Positions 1 through 10,567 of a DNA stretch of 64,000 nucleotides are shown piece by piece (the stretch's first letter is position 1; each line of letters begins with the position of its first letter). The notes beneath the pieces were generated by a model, which saw only the letters and a list, made by a program, of their open reading frames with translations, was not told the origin of the DNA and ran no database searches. The position numbers and the translations under genes were made by a program. The DNA comes from Actinomycetes bacterium (lineage in GTDB: Bacteria > Actinomycetota > Acidimicrobiia > Acidimicrobiales > JAMCPL01), in assembly GCA_021816935.1 (NCBI GenBank), contig JAKAWR010000010.1, forward strand, positions 42,607 through 106,606, given 5' to 3'.

Positions 1-37
1 CAACAGAGCCGTCGAGACCCGCCGCGATGGGGATCCG

Positions 38-697
38 TTGAGCGAAAACCCTTCCCCCTCGAAGCCAGCGGTGGACGACATCTCGAGTCGGGATGCGACC
101 GGTGGAGCTCCTCGCCCGGGGCGGAAGTTGAGCGCTGTGCGGCGTAAGTGGCTCGTTGTGGCTGGGACTGGGTTGGTGTCCGTCGCCGCGGCAGCCGGCG
201 GGCTGCTGGCAGGGGTCGTTTCTTCCGGCGGGCCTCGACGGCTGGGCGCTCCGGCGACAGGGAGCGCCGAGCGGTACGTATCGGGCGCAATGGCACAGGC
301 GGCGGCTCAAGAGCGTCAGGGCCACCTACTCCAGGCGCTCCAGCTCTACCGGAAAGTCCTGTCCGTCGACCGGACCGAGTCCGACGCGCTGGCCGAGTAC
401 GGGTGGATCACCTACGAGTCCGGTGTAGCCTCGCACAACGCGGCGCTTGTCGCGGAAGGATCTGCCTACGTGAAGAGGGCCGTCACGTTGGCCCCGAAAT
501 CATATGCCCCGCATCTGTACCTTGGCACGATATACCTCGATGGCGGGGGATCGGCTGCCGAGGCTGTCCGGCAGTACCGGGAGTTCCTTGCTGGCAAACC
601 GCCGGTACAGCTCGTGCGGGAGGCAACGCCGTTCATGAAGCGGGCCGCCCAGAGAGCACGCGAGCCGATCAGCGGAATGCCGGCGACGGCACCCTGA
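38..697 (+). CDS. Membrane-anchored tetratricopeptide-repeat protein
   Basis: N-terminal hydrophobic segment (WLVVAGTGLVSVAAAAGGLLAGVV) followed by TPR-like helices (ALQLYRKVLSVD..DALAEYGW; AVTLAPKSYAPHLYLGTIY). Confidence 0.6.
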   Translation: MSENPSPSKPAVDDISSRDATGGAPRPGRKLSAVRRKWLVVAGTGLVSVAAAAGGLLAGVVSSGGPRRLGAPATGSAERYVSGAMAQAAAQERQGHLLQALQLYRKVLSVDRTESDALAEYGWITYESGVASHNAALVAEGSAYVKRAVTLAPKSYAPHLYLGTIYLDGGGSAAEAVRQYREFLAGKPPVQLVREATPFMKRAAQRAREPISGMPATAP

Positions 698-771
698 CCG
701 ATAGGGGGCGTTGCGTGCGGCCGGGGACGATCGGACTGACCGGGCACGCCATGCGATACTGCAGGATAGGA

Positions 772-2553
772 TCAGCCCAGCGGGATCGTGTCGCCGGCTT
801 GATTCACGTCGTGGGTCTCGTCGTTGCCACCGGGCCGGCCTGTGCGCTCGAGACGGTCCCGGTTGCCTGGCAGGCCCCTATCCTCGGCATTACCGATGCC
901 GCCGGGATCATCGTCATCGGCGGGTCGGCTCTCGCCACCAGACCGGCCCGGGCCGGTGGCAGGGTCGATATTGCGGGCTTGGTCCGAGTCGGAGGCCCGG
1001 TCGGTATTGCCTGACTGACCCGATCCGGCGAGTACAGCCTTCGTTCCCTCGGCAAGGATCCTCTCGCCTCGCTCCCTGAGCTCGTCCAGGGTGCGCATGG
1101 CTTCATTGAACTTCTCGATCCGGACGGCAATCCACCGTTCCAGCGGGGGGACTTCTGCACCCGCTCTCGTGACCGTATGAAGCTGGACCCTTCCGATTCC
1201 CTTGAGACTCCTCGGTCGTAGCGGCCGCGTCACCAGACCAGAGCTGAGGAATTCGGGATCACCCTCGAGGGAGCGGGCTATCTCGTCCGTGATCGTTATC
1301 GCTCCCGGGTTCGTGATTGCCATGGCACGGCTCGCTATATTGACGACAGCCCCGAAATAGTCGCCTTCCTGGACGATTACGGGCCCGTAGGCGATGGCGA
1401 CTCTCACGTCAGACAGCAGATCGTCATCGGCATACGCCTCGGAGAGCGAGAGGCCTATCCGGCAGGCAGTCAGGGGGGAATCGGCAACGAACATGACCTC
1501 GTCCCCGATCATTTTTACCACGCGCCCGCCGCCGGCGGTCACGGTGTCGTGGGCCACCTCGTCGAACCGCGCTATGACTGCCGCCAATTCCTCTCCAGAC
1601 GCCTGCTGAGTCAGTACCGTGTAACCCACCATGTCGGCGAAACCTACGGCCAGGGATGGCGAGGTTGGTGCCAGTCCCCGGTTGCGGAGCGACATGGCGC
1701 GCCTTACGGCGGCTTGGACGTGCCGTCTCCAAACGTACTCCAGCATCCGGCCCATAAAGGGCATCCAGGATCCGGCGATTCCTGCGAGGCGATCGGCCTG
1801 GGCCACATGATCGAAGTCCCCGGCAGCCTGATTTGCAAGCGCAAGCGCCGAACTTACCTGTGCGTCAGCAATCCGCTCCATCGAGGATCCGATCACCCGT
1901 GCCATGTCAATGGCTTCGTTCTGCTCGATTACGCCCAGTCGCGTCATGGCGATGAAAACCTGAACAGCCTCGAGATCCAGGTCGGTGAAGATCGCTTCGT
2001 CTTCTCCTACGTCCGGAAAGCCCAGTGCTCGCCAGAGACGGCGGGCCACCTGCACCTCTATGCCGCTTCTATCCACCAGCTGGGCTTCGGTGTAGTAGGG
2101 GCCTACGGGAAGGAGCAGCTTGTCTGCCACGAGCAGATCAGCTATGCCGTCCGAAAGAGCAGCATCTATCGTGGCGGTAGGGACGCCCTTTTCGGAAAGG
2201 AACCTCCTGATCCGGTTGACAGCGCTAGTTCGTTCCGCCGCTGGCCGACTAGGAGTTCCCGGGTGCCCGGTCACAACGTCCGTTGGGCCTCTTGCGGATC
2301 CGGTTTCCTGTTGTGCAGTAGGGTTGCGCTCTCCTCCAGGCATCGGTCGAAGCCCTGCTGTATCGTGCGGCTTAGCTCTCGGATCAGTTCGCTGTCCCGT
2401 GGCATCCGCGGTCCCGCCCGCCTGCCGGTCCGCGCCAGGATTCGTTCCTACGGATGGTTTGCCTGCGATACCTGGTGCGGGCTGCGCCGGTTTGGCGACG
2501 AGGCGGCGTCGCAGGCGTAGTCGGCGGAATCGCGGTAGACGGGCTTTATCCAT
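772..2553 (-). CDS. Class III adenylate cyclase with N-terminal regulatory domain (Rv1264/Rv2212-like)
   Basis: GFADMVGYT, VKMIGDEVM and GDYFGAVVNIASR carry both metal-binding Asp, the ATP-specifying Lys/Asp and the catalytic Asn/Arg; RRLWRALGFP regulatory motif. Start uncertain. Confidence 0.88.
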   Translation of the reverse strand: MDKARLPRFRRLRLRRRLVAKPAQPAPGIAGKPSVGTNPGADRQAGGTADATGQRTDPRAKPHDTAGLRPMPGGERNPTAQQETGSARGPTDVVTGHPGTPSRPAAERTSAVNRIRRFLSEKGVPTATIDAALSDGIADLLVADKLLLPVGPYYTEAQLVDRSGIEVQVARRLWRALGFPDVGEDEAIFTDLDLEAVQVFIAMTRLGVIEQNEAIDMARVIGSSMERIADAQVSSALALANQAAGDFDHVAQADRLAGIAGSWMPFMGRMLEYVWRRHVQAAVRRAMSLRNRGLAPTSPSLAVGFADMVGYTVLTQQASGEELAAVIARFDEVAHDTVTAGGGRVVKMIGDEVMFVADSPLTACRIGLSLSEAYADDDLLSDVRVAIAYGPVIVQEGDYFGAVVNIASRAMAITNPGAITITDEIARSLEGDPEFLSSGLVTRPLRPRSLKGIGRVQLHTVTRAGAEVPPLERWIAVRIEKFNEAMRTLDELRERGERILAEGTKAVLAGSGQSGNTDRASDSDQARNIDPATGPGRSGGESRPADDDDPGGIGNAEDRGLPGNRDRLERTGRPGGNDETHDVNQAGDTIPLG

Positions 2554-2793
2554 GCCGGTGTTCGTTCTCGGCGGTGCGGCTTGCGGTCACCCTTCCAGGC
2601 TACGTCCCTACAGGTCCCGTATACAATGAACCTGATGCAATTCTACCAGCTCGAACCGGTGGCGGGTGTTCTGTTCGCTGCCGTCAGATGCGCTTCGCCG
2701 TTCCATCGTGGTCGTGGGAGCGCCCGCGACTACCTTCCTGCCTCATGTCCCTGTCCGCGGGATGCCTGATCCCCGGCGACTTCTTGCAACGTC

Positions 2794-3438
2794 GTGAGTC
2801 CCGATCCCCAATGGCTGCTTGCTGCACCCGAAGCGGTTGCGTCCGGGTCTGCTGCCGTACTGGTGCCGGTCAAGGCATTTCACGATGCGAAACGTCGCCT
2901 CTCTTCCGAGCTTTCCACCGAGGAACGGGCGACTCTGGCGCGCACCCTTGCGGAAGGAGTTGTTGCGGCAGCGGCTCCGCTGCCCTGCGCTGTCGCATGC
3001 GACAGCGAGGAGGTGGCTTTGTGGGCGCAGGACCTCGACTTGATCTTGTTGGAGATGCCGCCCTCGGATCTGAACGAGGCCGTCTCGGAGGGGCTCCGGC
3101 GTTTGTGGGCGATGGGGGCCGGCGAGGTCGTGGTGGCATCAGGCGATCTACCCGGCGCCCGCGACCTGAGCCGCCTTACGGGGTTTGCGGGCGTAACGAT
3201 CGTTCCCGACAGAGGGGAACAGGGGACCAACGTATTATGCCTTCCCAGGAACTCCACCCTTCAGGTGTCGTACGGCCCAGGATCGTTCAGGCGCCACCTG
3301 CGCCTTGCGGCCCTTGCGGGAACGCCGGCACGGGTGCTGCGAATGCCGGAGTTGATGCTCGATATCGATCTCCCTGAGGATCTACGCGATGCCGTTCTTG
3401 CGAAGCGCGACTCTGGGTTGTCGCCGCCTTCGAACTGA
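2794..3438 (+). CDS. cofC: 2-phospho-L-lactate/PEP guanylyltransferase (F420 biosynthesis)
   Basis: VPVKAFHDAKRRLS, GDLP, PDR..GTN, YGPGSFRRH and LDIDLPEDL motifs of CofC/FbiD. Confidence 0.9.
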   Translation: MSPDPQWLLAAPEAVASGSAAVLVPVKAFHDAKRRLSSELSTEERATLARTLAEGVVAAAAPLPCAVACDSEEVALWAQDLDLILLEMPPSDLNEAVSEGLRRLWAMGAGEVVVASGDLPGARDLSRLTGFAGVTIVPDRGEQGTNVLCLPRNSTLQVSYGPGSFRRHLRLAALAGTPARVLRMPELMLDIDLPEDLRDAVLAKRDSGLSPPSN

Positions 3439-3447
3439 GCAAAGGGC

Positions 3448-3478
3448 GGCGGCGAAGGTCGTAGCGACCTTCGCCGCC
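3448..3478. terminator. Bidirectional terminator-like hairpin between convergent cofC and hup
   Basis: Perfect 14-bp inverted repeat GGCGGCGAAGGTCG-tag-CGACCTTCGCCGCC. Confidence 0.7.
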
Positions 3479-3521
3479 TATGGGCTCCATGCTGGAGCGT
3501 GTCAGTAATCCGTGGGCAGTT

Positions 3522-4058
3522 CTAGCGGGAGCGTGAACCGGCGCTGGGCGCAGGCCGTCTTGCGGGCGCCGCCTTCTTTGCGGGTGCAGGCTTTCTTGCC
3601 GGAGCGGCCTTCTTTGCAGCAGCGGGTTTCCCGGCGGGGACGGCCTTCTTTGCGGGTGCGGCCTTTGCCGATACTCGGGGCGCGGCCTTCTTTGTAGCAG
3701 CGGCCTTCTTTGCAGCAGCGGGTTTCCCAGCGGGGGCCGCCTTCTTCGGAGGGGCAACCTTCTTTACGGCGGGTGCTGCCGCCTTGCCGTTGAGGACATC
3801 CTTCACAGTGCTGCTGACCGCGAACCTAAGGCCCTTCGAGGCGGGGATCCTCATGGCCGCACCTGTCTGCGGGTTCCTGCCCGAGCGAGCGCCCCTCTTG
3901 GTAGGGTTGAAGCTTCCAAAGCCAATCAACGAAACACGGTTGTTCTTCTTTACCTCGTTCACGATCGTCGTCCTGAAGGCATCGAGCACCTGCTCTATAT
4001 TGCGCTTCGATACATCCGTGGCTCTGCCGATAGCGTCGACGAGTTCTGCCTTGTTCAT
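3522..4058 (-). CDS. hup: HU DNA-binding protein with Lys/Ala/Pro-rich C-terminal tail (HupB/Hlp type)
   Basis: MNKAELVDAI...LIGFGSF...RSGRNPQTG HU core plus PAKKAA repeats; ATG at 4058 preceded by a GGAGG RBS. Confidence 0.92.
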   Translation of the reverse strand: MNKAELVDAIGRATDVSKRNIEQVLDAFRTTIVNEVKKNNRVSLIGFGSFNPTKRGARSGRNPQTGAAMRIPASKGLRFAVSSTVKDVLNGKAAAPAVKKVAPPKKAAPAGKPAAAKKAAATKKAAPRVSAKAAPAKKAVPAGKPAAAKKAAPARKPAPAKKAAPARRPAPSAGSRSR

Positions 4059-4159
4059 GTTGCCTCCTTGTCTTTGGCCGCCCATATAGCGAACCGATAA
4101 ACATTTAAGCCGATTCCAGGCCGCAGGTCAATGATTTTCACGGCTGCTATGCTCTCGGC

Positions 4160-5701
4160 GTGAGCGGGACTCTCGAGGAGCACCAACCGGGGCGCCCACC
4201 GGGACATCGGGAGGGGCGGCAACCGGGGCACCAGGAGGGGCGGCAACCGGGGTGCGGGTCGGCAGACCTTGATGCGCTGAGAGCCATGGGGAGTGGAGCG
4301 ATATACCTTGGTGCACGGGAGGGGATGTGGGTGCATGCAAGGCCCGAACGGTCGGTGATGGTGCTTGGCCCACCGCGTTCCGGCAAGACGACATCGATCG
4401 TGATCCCGGCCGTGCTTTCCGCAGACGGTCCTGTCGTGTCCACGTCGACGAAGCCGGAGGTCATGAGATCGACCGTTCACCAGAGGCTCCGGCTTGGGCC
4501 GTGCTACCTGTACGATCCGAGCGGGAAGATCGATCTTCCAGAAGGTGTGGAGCGCCTCGTGTGGTCCCCGGTGGCGGCCTCTGCGGATTGGAGGCAGGCC
4601 CAGATCGTGTCACGAATGATGGTGAGGACTGCGCGAGTGCCCGGCGGGGGTGTTGATTCGGGAAGCGCTCACCGGGATCCGCATTGGACAGAGCGGGCTG
4701 AGTCGTTGCTGGCTTCGCTCCTTCACGCCGCAGCGCTCACGGACAGGCCGATGAGGGACGTCGTGTCATGGGTGGATGCCCGCAAGGCATCCGAAGCCCT
4801 GGACGTTCTCGAGCGTGGTGGCGACCCGTCCGCCTTTGCGCGTGATCTACTGTCCGGGATCGTGGCAACGGACCTAAGGGAGCTGAGCGGGATCTGGTCG
4901 TCTGCGTCGGGGGTTCTCGGAGCGTATCGCAACGAACCGGCCATTGCCTCGACGAAGGGGCCCGCCTTCGATTCCGCAGGCTTCTGCCGGTCGCGGGGGA
5001 CGGTTTACGTCTGTGCGTCCGGCCTGGACCAGGATCTGGCGGCCCCTTTGATCGTCGGGCTCCTGACCGATATCCAGAATGCACGGTTTGCGATACATAG
5101 CGATATGGCAGGAGAGCACGGTGGTGTGCCACCGGTGCTGTTCGCACTCGATGAAGTAGCGAACATTGCTCCCCTGCCGAACATGACTTCGCTCGCGAGT
5201 GAGGGTGGAGGTCAGGGTATTGTGACACTGGCATGCCTCCAGGACCTTTCCCAGGCGCGGCAAAGATGGGGCGATCAGGCGGAAGGCTTCATGTCGCTTT
5301 TCGGAGTCACGGTGGAGCTTCCCGGGATCAAGAACCCGCGTACCCTGCAAGCCGTCGAACTTCTTTCGGGGACTGCCGAAAGGAGGCGTGAGTCGGTGAC
5401 CGGTCCGGCAGACCGACCGGGCGTCGTCAACCTGGCGGCAGGGCTCCTTTCGGGGGGTGGTCGTCAGTTGCCTCAGCCGACGCGGACCGTTTCCACGGAG
5501 ATGCGGCCAGTGCTACCGGCAGCCGAGGTGGCACGGGGCCGCCCAGGCGCAGCACTCCTCATTGACGAACGGAGCTCGATGTCGTGGGTCACGCTCACGC
5601 CATGGTTCGATTGGGAGCCGTTCAGGTCGGCGGTCCGTGTCCAGTCCCGCTCAATGGAGCGTGACCGCCTCTCCAGCGGGTCGGGCGGGCGAGAGCTGTA
5701 G
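4160..5701 (+). CDS. VirD4/TraG-family type IV coupling ATPase (TraM-recognition C-terminal domain)
   Basis: Walker A GPPRSGKT, VVSTSTKPE, Walker B FALDEVANIAPLP, SEGGGQGI and QDLSQARQRWG motifs typical of actinobacterial TraG/VirD4. Confidence 0.85.
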   Translation: MSGTLEEHQPGRPPGHREGRQPGHQEGRQPGCGSADLDALRAMGSGAIYLGAREGMWVHARPERSVMVLGPPRSGKTTSIVIPAVLSADGPVVSTSTKPEVMRSTVHQRLRLGPCYLYDPSGKIDLPEGVERLVWSPVAASADWRQAQIVSRMMVRTARVPGGGVDSGSAHRDPHWTERAESLLASLLHAAALTDRPMRDVVSWVDARKASEALDVLERGGDPSAFARDLLSGIVATDLRELSGIWSSASGVLGAYRNEPAIASTKGPAFDSAGFCRSRGTVYVCASGLDQDLAAPLIVGLLTDIQNARFAIHSDMAGEHGGVPPVLFALDEVANIAPLPNMTSLASEGGGQGIVTLACLQDLSQARQRWGDQAEGFMSLFGVTVELPGIKNPRTLQAVELLSGTAERRRESVTGPADRPGVVNLAAGLLSGGGRQLPQPTRTVSTEMRPVLPAAEVARGRPGAALLIDERSSMSWVTLTPWFDWEPFRSAVRVQSRSMERDRLSSGSGGREL

Positions 5702-5728
5702 CCTGCAACGGGCTACGGCACTTGGCAG

Positions 5729-8700
5729 TCAATCGGCGGATCCCTCATCCCGTCGCGAGACGGGATTCGCGTCGAGGCGGATGGTGGCGATCTCGTAGGG
5801 GCTCAGGACGCAGGATCCATCGAATGGCGCGACCGTTGAGCCAGCCAGGTTTACGATCGAGCCCGGCAAACCGGGCAGTTCGATCGTCGTGGGCGACCCT
5901 GCCGGGTTGAACACGCGCAACTCGACTGCGTGAGCGTGACGTCGCAGCGACGATATTTCGGCGGTTCCCAGGCGAACTTCCAGAGCCGAGCCGCTGGCCG
6001 GGAGTGCCCCCCCACCTTCGCTGTCGACTGCATCCAGTTCGGAGAAGGCGTCTTCGGCCAACTCGTACGGATTGGAGTACTTCGTGCTGAGAGCGTATCG
6101 CGCAACGATTTCCTTGCCGAGCAACTGGAGCCCGGCTACGGGCGTGAGCGGTCCGGCTGGGAGCGGCCTGTACCTCATGCCGAGCCGTGACAGCATCCCC
6201 GTCGCCCGCAGAAGCGTGATCGCGAGTGAGCGTGCCTGGCCTCCGGTCATGCCCACCTTCGTACCTACCGTCCGGGCGGCGCCTTCAGTCGCGCCCAGCT
6301 GCCGGTCAGGTACCATGGCCACCTGCAGCTGGGCACCCGCCATGCGCTGGCCTTCCGCCTTTGCCTGAGCAGCAGGTCGTCCGGCCTCCTGTCTTGGCGC
6401 CAGGGTCGTCCGCCGAGGTCCCGAATCTGCAATTTCGATGAGCTCGTACTCGCATAGGCCCTGGTGGGCAAGCGTCAACCCGCCAGCTGATACGAAGCCT
6501 CGTGACGGGAAGGTTGGAAGGCCGACCTCCTCCGAGCGACCCTCGGCATCGAGCCCGCGTTCGACCTGACCGAAGGCGTCACCGGCAACCGAGCAGCGGG
6601 CGGGCGAGGGGAGGGGGAAGTGGACGCGCAGCCGGTGGTCCCTCGCCGGATTGACGAAAGACGTTGTAACCCGGAGTAGCCGGTCGCCGGCCCTGAGCTC
6701 CAAGAGGGTCACGACTGCCACCCGGGCGGAGCCTGTCCGCTTCGAGCAGGATGGGTCGAGTGCTTCGGGCCAGGTGAACATTGCATCAATTTGTACGGTG
6801 GCACGCACCGGGCCGCGCTCCACTACCGATACTTCCACGGCATCTGGCGTATCGACGAGCGAGTCGGCGGGAGGAGGGGAGTAATTGTAGGAGTCTCCGG
6901 CATCGCCGCTGTCGACGAGGCGACCGAACCCGGAGATACCGTCGACCGACCATGTGCCGCTTTCCGGATCCACGATAATCTCGACGATCCCGTTTGACAT
7001 CACGGTGCCGCCGGGCCCTTCGATGACGGCGACCGGACTCTCCAGTGGAGCAGGCTCAAACGCTTTCCAACCGAATCCGGGCACATCGCCCGCCAGCGCA
7101 AGCACCCTTCTATGGGGCTTGCGATCAAGGTGGACGTTGACCACCGTCCCGGGGTTTTCGGCGATGAGCGTCGCGAGGTGCTGCTTTGCCGCGTCGACCT
7201 GCAGGCCCACCTTCTCCGACGGGCCGAGCGTAACGTGAACCTCTATGTATGGGGGGGTGCGCCCCGACGGGGGAGTGCGCTCGGAGGGCTGGGCGTGCTC
7301 GGACGGGGCGGTGTGCTCGGAGGAGTGGACCAGGTCCATGGTGATTTCCTGGACCCAGTCGTCCATGATTTTCGGGGACTGCAGCATCGGAAGCACATGG
7401 GCGACGGTCTCGGCGCTAAAGGTGAGTGGTCCCGGGATCGCGGCCGTTTCGTGCAGTACCTGTACACCTTCCGGGGCCGGCCCCGAAGCTGGGATCAGGA
7501 CCTCCACCATGGCAGAGCGGCGTCTCGCCGACGGGTTAACTACAGTGGGCCCTGAGATGGCGAGATTGCCAGCCAAGCGTGCGAGTGACTGCTCCGATAT
7601 CCCCTTGGCGATCTCGGTTGCCTCTCGGAAACGGCCGTTCACCGTGTCCACCACTTCGTCGACGGAGCACGCACATATAGAGTCGTGCGCCTCGTTCCAG
7701 ATTGCGTACTTCCATGCAATCTCGAAGAGGCGCTCGGGCCATTCGCCGTCGGGTAGGTAAAGCGCGGCGTAGGGTTCGGCTCGTCTCTCGAGCTCCATAA
7801 AGGTCTGGTCGGCAGCGACCTTTACGTCGACATGATTGGACGCTACCCCCATAAGAAGATTCGCCCGAGCGCCGGATCGAAGCTCGCCTCTGTGCGTGCG
7901 GGGCCCCGGAAGCTCACTCCGGCCCAGCCCGGACGCCGCCGTAGCGGTGCTTCGTGAGAGGGCTGCGGGCAGCGATTCAACGGCGAGGGTGACGTGATCG
8001 AAGCCGAGAGCGCCCCACCGCCGCCGCTCATCCGGATCGCCCAGCAGAGCCTGCGCTTCCTGCACCGTGGCTGCAAGGTGATGTTGCGGAGGTTCGTGAT
8101 CGCTTCCGTTCATGACGAGCAGGTGGCCGTCTATGGCGTCGTGGAATCGCACGGCGGTTTCGCGGAGGCGGCCGAGGAGAACACCGGGATCCTCAGGGAG
8201 GTGAACGCCGTTGGAGTAGCCCTCGAGTAGATACTCGGCCTCCACCGCCGAGCCATCGGGAGATTCCCAGGTGAACGTTGTCGTGGTTACCGATGAAGGT
8301 ACCCCCCTCCAGACGATAGCTGTCCCGAAACCCGCAAGACGAAGGATCTGGGGCATCTGGGCGATGTGGCCGAACATGTCCGGCAGGTAGCCAATCTGCA
8401 TCGCTCCGCCGAAGCTCGCGGCCCTCTCCATGCCGAGTTGCAGGTTCCTCACCAGCGCCTCGCCGGAGACCAGGAACTCGTCAGCGAGTACGTACCAGGG
8501 GCCAAGGGTTATACGCCCTGCGAGAGCGAGGGATCTGATCCGTTCTTCGTTTCCGGGACGGACCTCAAGGTAGTCGTCGACCATCGCCATCTGGCCGTCC
8601 ATGAGGAATGCAGCGTAGCCCGGGTCGCCCTCCATGATGTCCAGAACGGAGTCAACTACGCCTACTAGCCTCATGCGGAACCGCTGGTACGACGAGTACC

Positions 8701-8800
8701 ATTCCCGGTCCCAGTGAGTGTGGGGGACGATCGAGATGTGGAGGTCCATCGCGTCGATGCTACAGGGCGGGGGCATGGATAACTGCTCCTCCATGATCAC
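5729..8800 (-). CDS. Glycoside hydrolase family 38 alpha-mannosidase
   Basis: VPHTHWDREWY, LMDGQ, GPWYVLADEFLVSGE, GYLPDMFGH and HDSICACSVD motifs. Confidence 0.92.
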   Translation of the reverse strand: MIMEEQLSMPPPCSIDAMDLHISIVPHTHWDREWYSSYQRFRMRLVGVVDSVLDIMEGDPGYAAFLMDGQMAMVDDYLEVRPGNEERIRSLALAGRITLGPWYVLADEFLVSGEALVRNLQLGMERAASFGGAMQIGYLPDMFGHIAQMPQILRLAGFGTAIVWRGVPSSVTTTTFTWESPDGSAVEAEYLLEGYSNGVHLPEDPGVLLGRLRETAVRFHDAIDGHLLVMNGSDHEPPQHHLAATVQEAQALLGDPDERRRWGALGFDHVTLAVESLPAALSRSTATAASGLGRSELPGPRTHRGELRSGARANLLMGVASNHVDVKVAADQTFMELERRAEPYAALYLPDGEWPERLFEIAWKYAIWNEAHDSICACSVDEVVDTVNGRFREATEIAKGISEQSLARLAGNLAISGPTVVNPSARRRSAMVEVLIPASGPAPEGVQVLHETAAIPGPLTFSAETVAHVLPMLQSPKIMDDWVQEITMDLVHSSEHTAPSEHAQPSERTPPSGRTPPYIEVHVTLGPSEKVGLQVDAAKQHLATLIAENPGTVVNVHLDRKPHRRVLALAGDVPGFGWKAFEPAPLESPVAVIEGPGGTVMSNGIVEIIVDPESGTWSVDGISGFGRLVDSGDAGDSYNYSPPPADSLVDTPDAVEVSVVERGPVRATVQIDAMFTWPEALDPSCSKRTGSARVAVVTLLELRAGDRLLRVTTSFVNPARDHRLRVHFPLPSPARCSVAGDAFGQVERGLDAEGRSEEVGLPTFPSRGFVSAGGLTLAHQGLCEYELIEIADSGPRRTTLAPRQEAGRPAAQAKAEGQRMAGAQLQVAMVPDRQLGATEGAARTVGTKVGMTGGQARSLAITLLRATGMLSRLGMRYRPLPAGPLTPVAGLQLLGKEIVARYALSTKYSNPYELAEDAFSELDAVDSEGGGALPASGSALEVRLGTAEISSLRRHAHAVELRVFNPAGSPTTIELPGLPGSIVNLAGSTVAPFDGSCVLSPYEIATIRLDANPVSRRDEGSAD

Positions 8801-8853
8801 GCGCCACCACGCCTGATCGGCGTGGCGGCGGTCATATGCGATAAGAGTGGAGT

Positions 8854-9270
8854 ATGAGGATCGCGTTCGGAACCGATGAGGAGACCGTGGTAACGGGGGC
8901 GCTTGTGGCGCAACTGGAGAAGATGGGCCACGAAGTTATTTGGACGGCGAGGGGTGAAGAGTGGCCAGAAGTCGGGAGGGGAGTAGGCGAGGCGGTCGCG
9001 AACGCCTACGCCGATGCAGGGATAGTCTGCTGCTGGACCGGTACGGGCGTGTCGATAGCCGCGAACAAGGTCCGGGGCGTGCGTGCGGCGCTGTGCTGCG
9101 ATGCCGAGACGGCTCGCGGGGCGAGGCGTTGGAACGACGCCAACGTCTGCTGTCTCAGCCTGCGGTTGATATCAGAGGAGGTCGGAAGGGAGATCCTTGA
9201 CGTTTTCCTCTCGGTGGGTCCGGATGAGGGTGAGGCCCCGCGGATAGGCCGCGTCGAAGCCCTCCCGTGA
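8854..9270 (+). CDS. rpiB: RpiB/LacA/LacB sugar-phosphate isomerase
   Basis: CWTGTGVSIAANKVRGVRAA and ARRWNDANV. Confidence 0.85.
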   Translation: MRIAFGTDEETVVTGALVAQLEKMGHEVIWTARGEEWPEVGRGVGEAVANAYADAGIVCCWTGTGVSIAANKVRGVRAALCCDAETARGARRWNDANVCCLSLRLISEEVGREILDVFLSVGPDEGEAPRIGRVEALP

Positions 9271-9292
9271 TAGCGCTCCGCTCGTCAACCCT

Positions 9293-10432
9293 TCAGTTGT
9301 CTCCGGGTAGCATTCCGCTTTCTGCTCTGGCGGACCGTTTCAGGTCGCCGTTGGCGCCGGGGCCTAGTCCCTGGCCAGGATCGCGACTCTCCAAGCGGAT
9401 CCGCGGCAGAGCGTATGGGTGGTTCTCCTGGAGGAAGCCGACAAGTTTCTCGTAGACCTCGCACTGGAGGTTCCAGCCTGACGACGAGTCCTTGGCGCTC
9501 ATGAGGGCACGGACCTGCAGGGTGGAAGGTCCGCTGCCGGTCACCTGGAGGTTCCAGACCTCACCGCTCCAGTCGGATGACTGTTCGAGGATGCGGTGAA
9601 GCTCGTCGCGCATGGCGGCGATCGGCGCCCGGTAGTCCACTTCCAGCTGAGCGAAGGATAGCAGGCCGGCACCCGATCGGGTCCAGTTTTCGAACGGGTT
9701 CTTCACGAACCAGGACACAGGGATGACGAGCCGGCGAAGGTCCCAGATCCTGACCACTACATAGGTGAGGCTGACTTCCTCGATGCGGCCCCAGTGGCCG
9801 TCGATGACGACGACGTCATTTATCCGAAAGGGCTGCGCGATGCCTATCTGAGCTCCGGCGAGCAGGTTCGTCATGATCGGCTGGGCCGCGAGTCCCACAA
9901 CAACGCCAGCGATGCCTGCCGACGCCAGGAGTGATGCCCCGTAGATGCGGCCCTGCGAAAAGCTCATGAGGAGCATCCCCGCAGCGATGACCACGATGGC
10001 CGCCTGTGCCAGTCGTTTGAGGAGCGTGACCTGGGTGTGGACCCTCTGGGCCTTGCCGGCCCGGTCAGGATCGGTGGACTCTGCCGTGTTGTCGAGCTGG
10101 AATCGACGAAGAAAAGCCTGTTCAGCGGTGGTTACTACCCGTGAAGCGAGCCATGCAAAGGAGAGCACGAGGACTGTTACCGTGGTGTGGGTAAGCCAAC
10201 CGTGCCAGAGAGGTGTGAGGCGGATCTTGGTCAGGGCGCCGGCAGCGAACGCGAACGGTACGGCGATTCGCGCGGGCCCCCGGAGCCGGGCGACCGAACG
10301 GGCGAAGCTGGGATGGTCCCGCCTCCGTAGCGCCACGATCGCCACGGCAATGCCCAATGCCTGGACTACGTAGCCACCTACGAGGCAGAACGCGAGTACC
10401 AGAAGAGACTGTCCAGTGCTCACCCATGCCAT
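9293..10432 (-). CDS. MscS-family mechanosensitive channel
   Basis: TM helices, SLLASAGIAGVVVGLAAQ..NLLAG, PFRIND, IWDLRRLVIP and FENWTR. Confidence 0.9.
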   Translation of the reverse strand: MAWVSTGQSLLVLAFCLVGGYVVQALGIAVAIVALRRRDHPSFARSVARLRGPARIAVPFAFAAGALTKIRLTPLWHGWLTHTTVTVLVLSFAWLASRVVTTAEQAFLRRFQLDNTAESTDPDRAGKAQRVHTQVTLLKRLAQAAIVVIAAGMLLMSFSQGRIYGASLLASAGIAGVVVGLAAQPIMTNLLAGAQIGIAQPFRINDVVVIDGHWGRIEEVSLTYVVVRIWDLRRLVIPVSWFVKNPFENWTRSGAGLLSFAQLEVDYRAPIAAMRDELHRILEQSSDWSGEVWNLQVTGSGPSTLQVRALMSAKDSSSGWNLQCEVYEKLVGFLQENHPYALPRIRLESRDPGQGLGPGANGDLKRSARAESGMLPGDN

Positions 10433-10567
10433 CCTATCGGCACCAGCACCGCGCCGCTCGGCGGGCGCTGGCGGGTCGGCCTCCTCTGCGGCGGGCTCGA
10501 TGGGGTGTGGCGGCGCGCTCGGCGGGTGTAAGTAAGGCGGGAGCGGGCCAAGCGCACCTGGCGCCCT

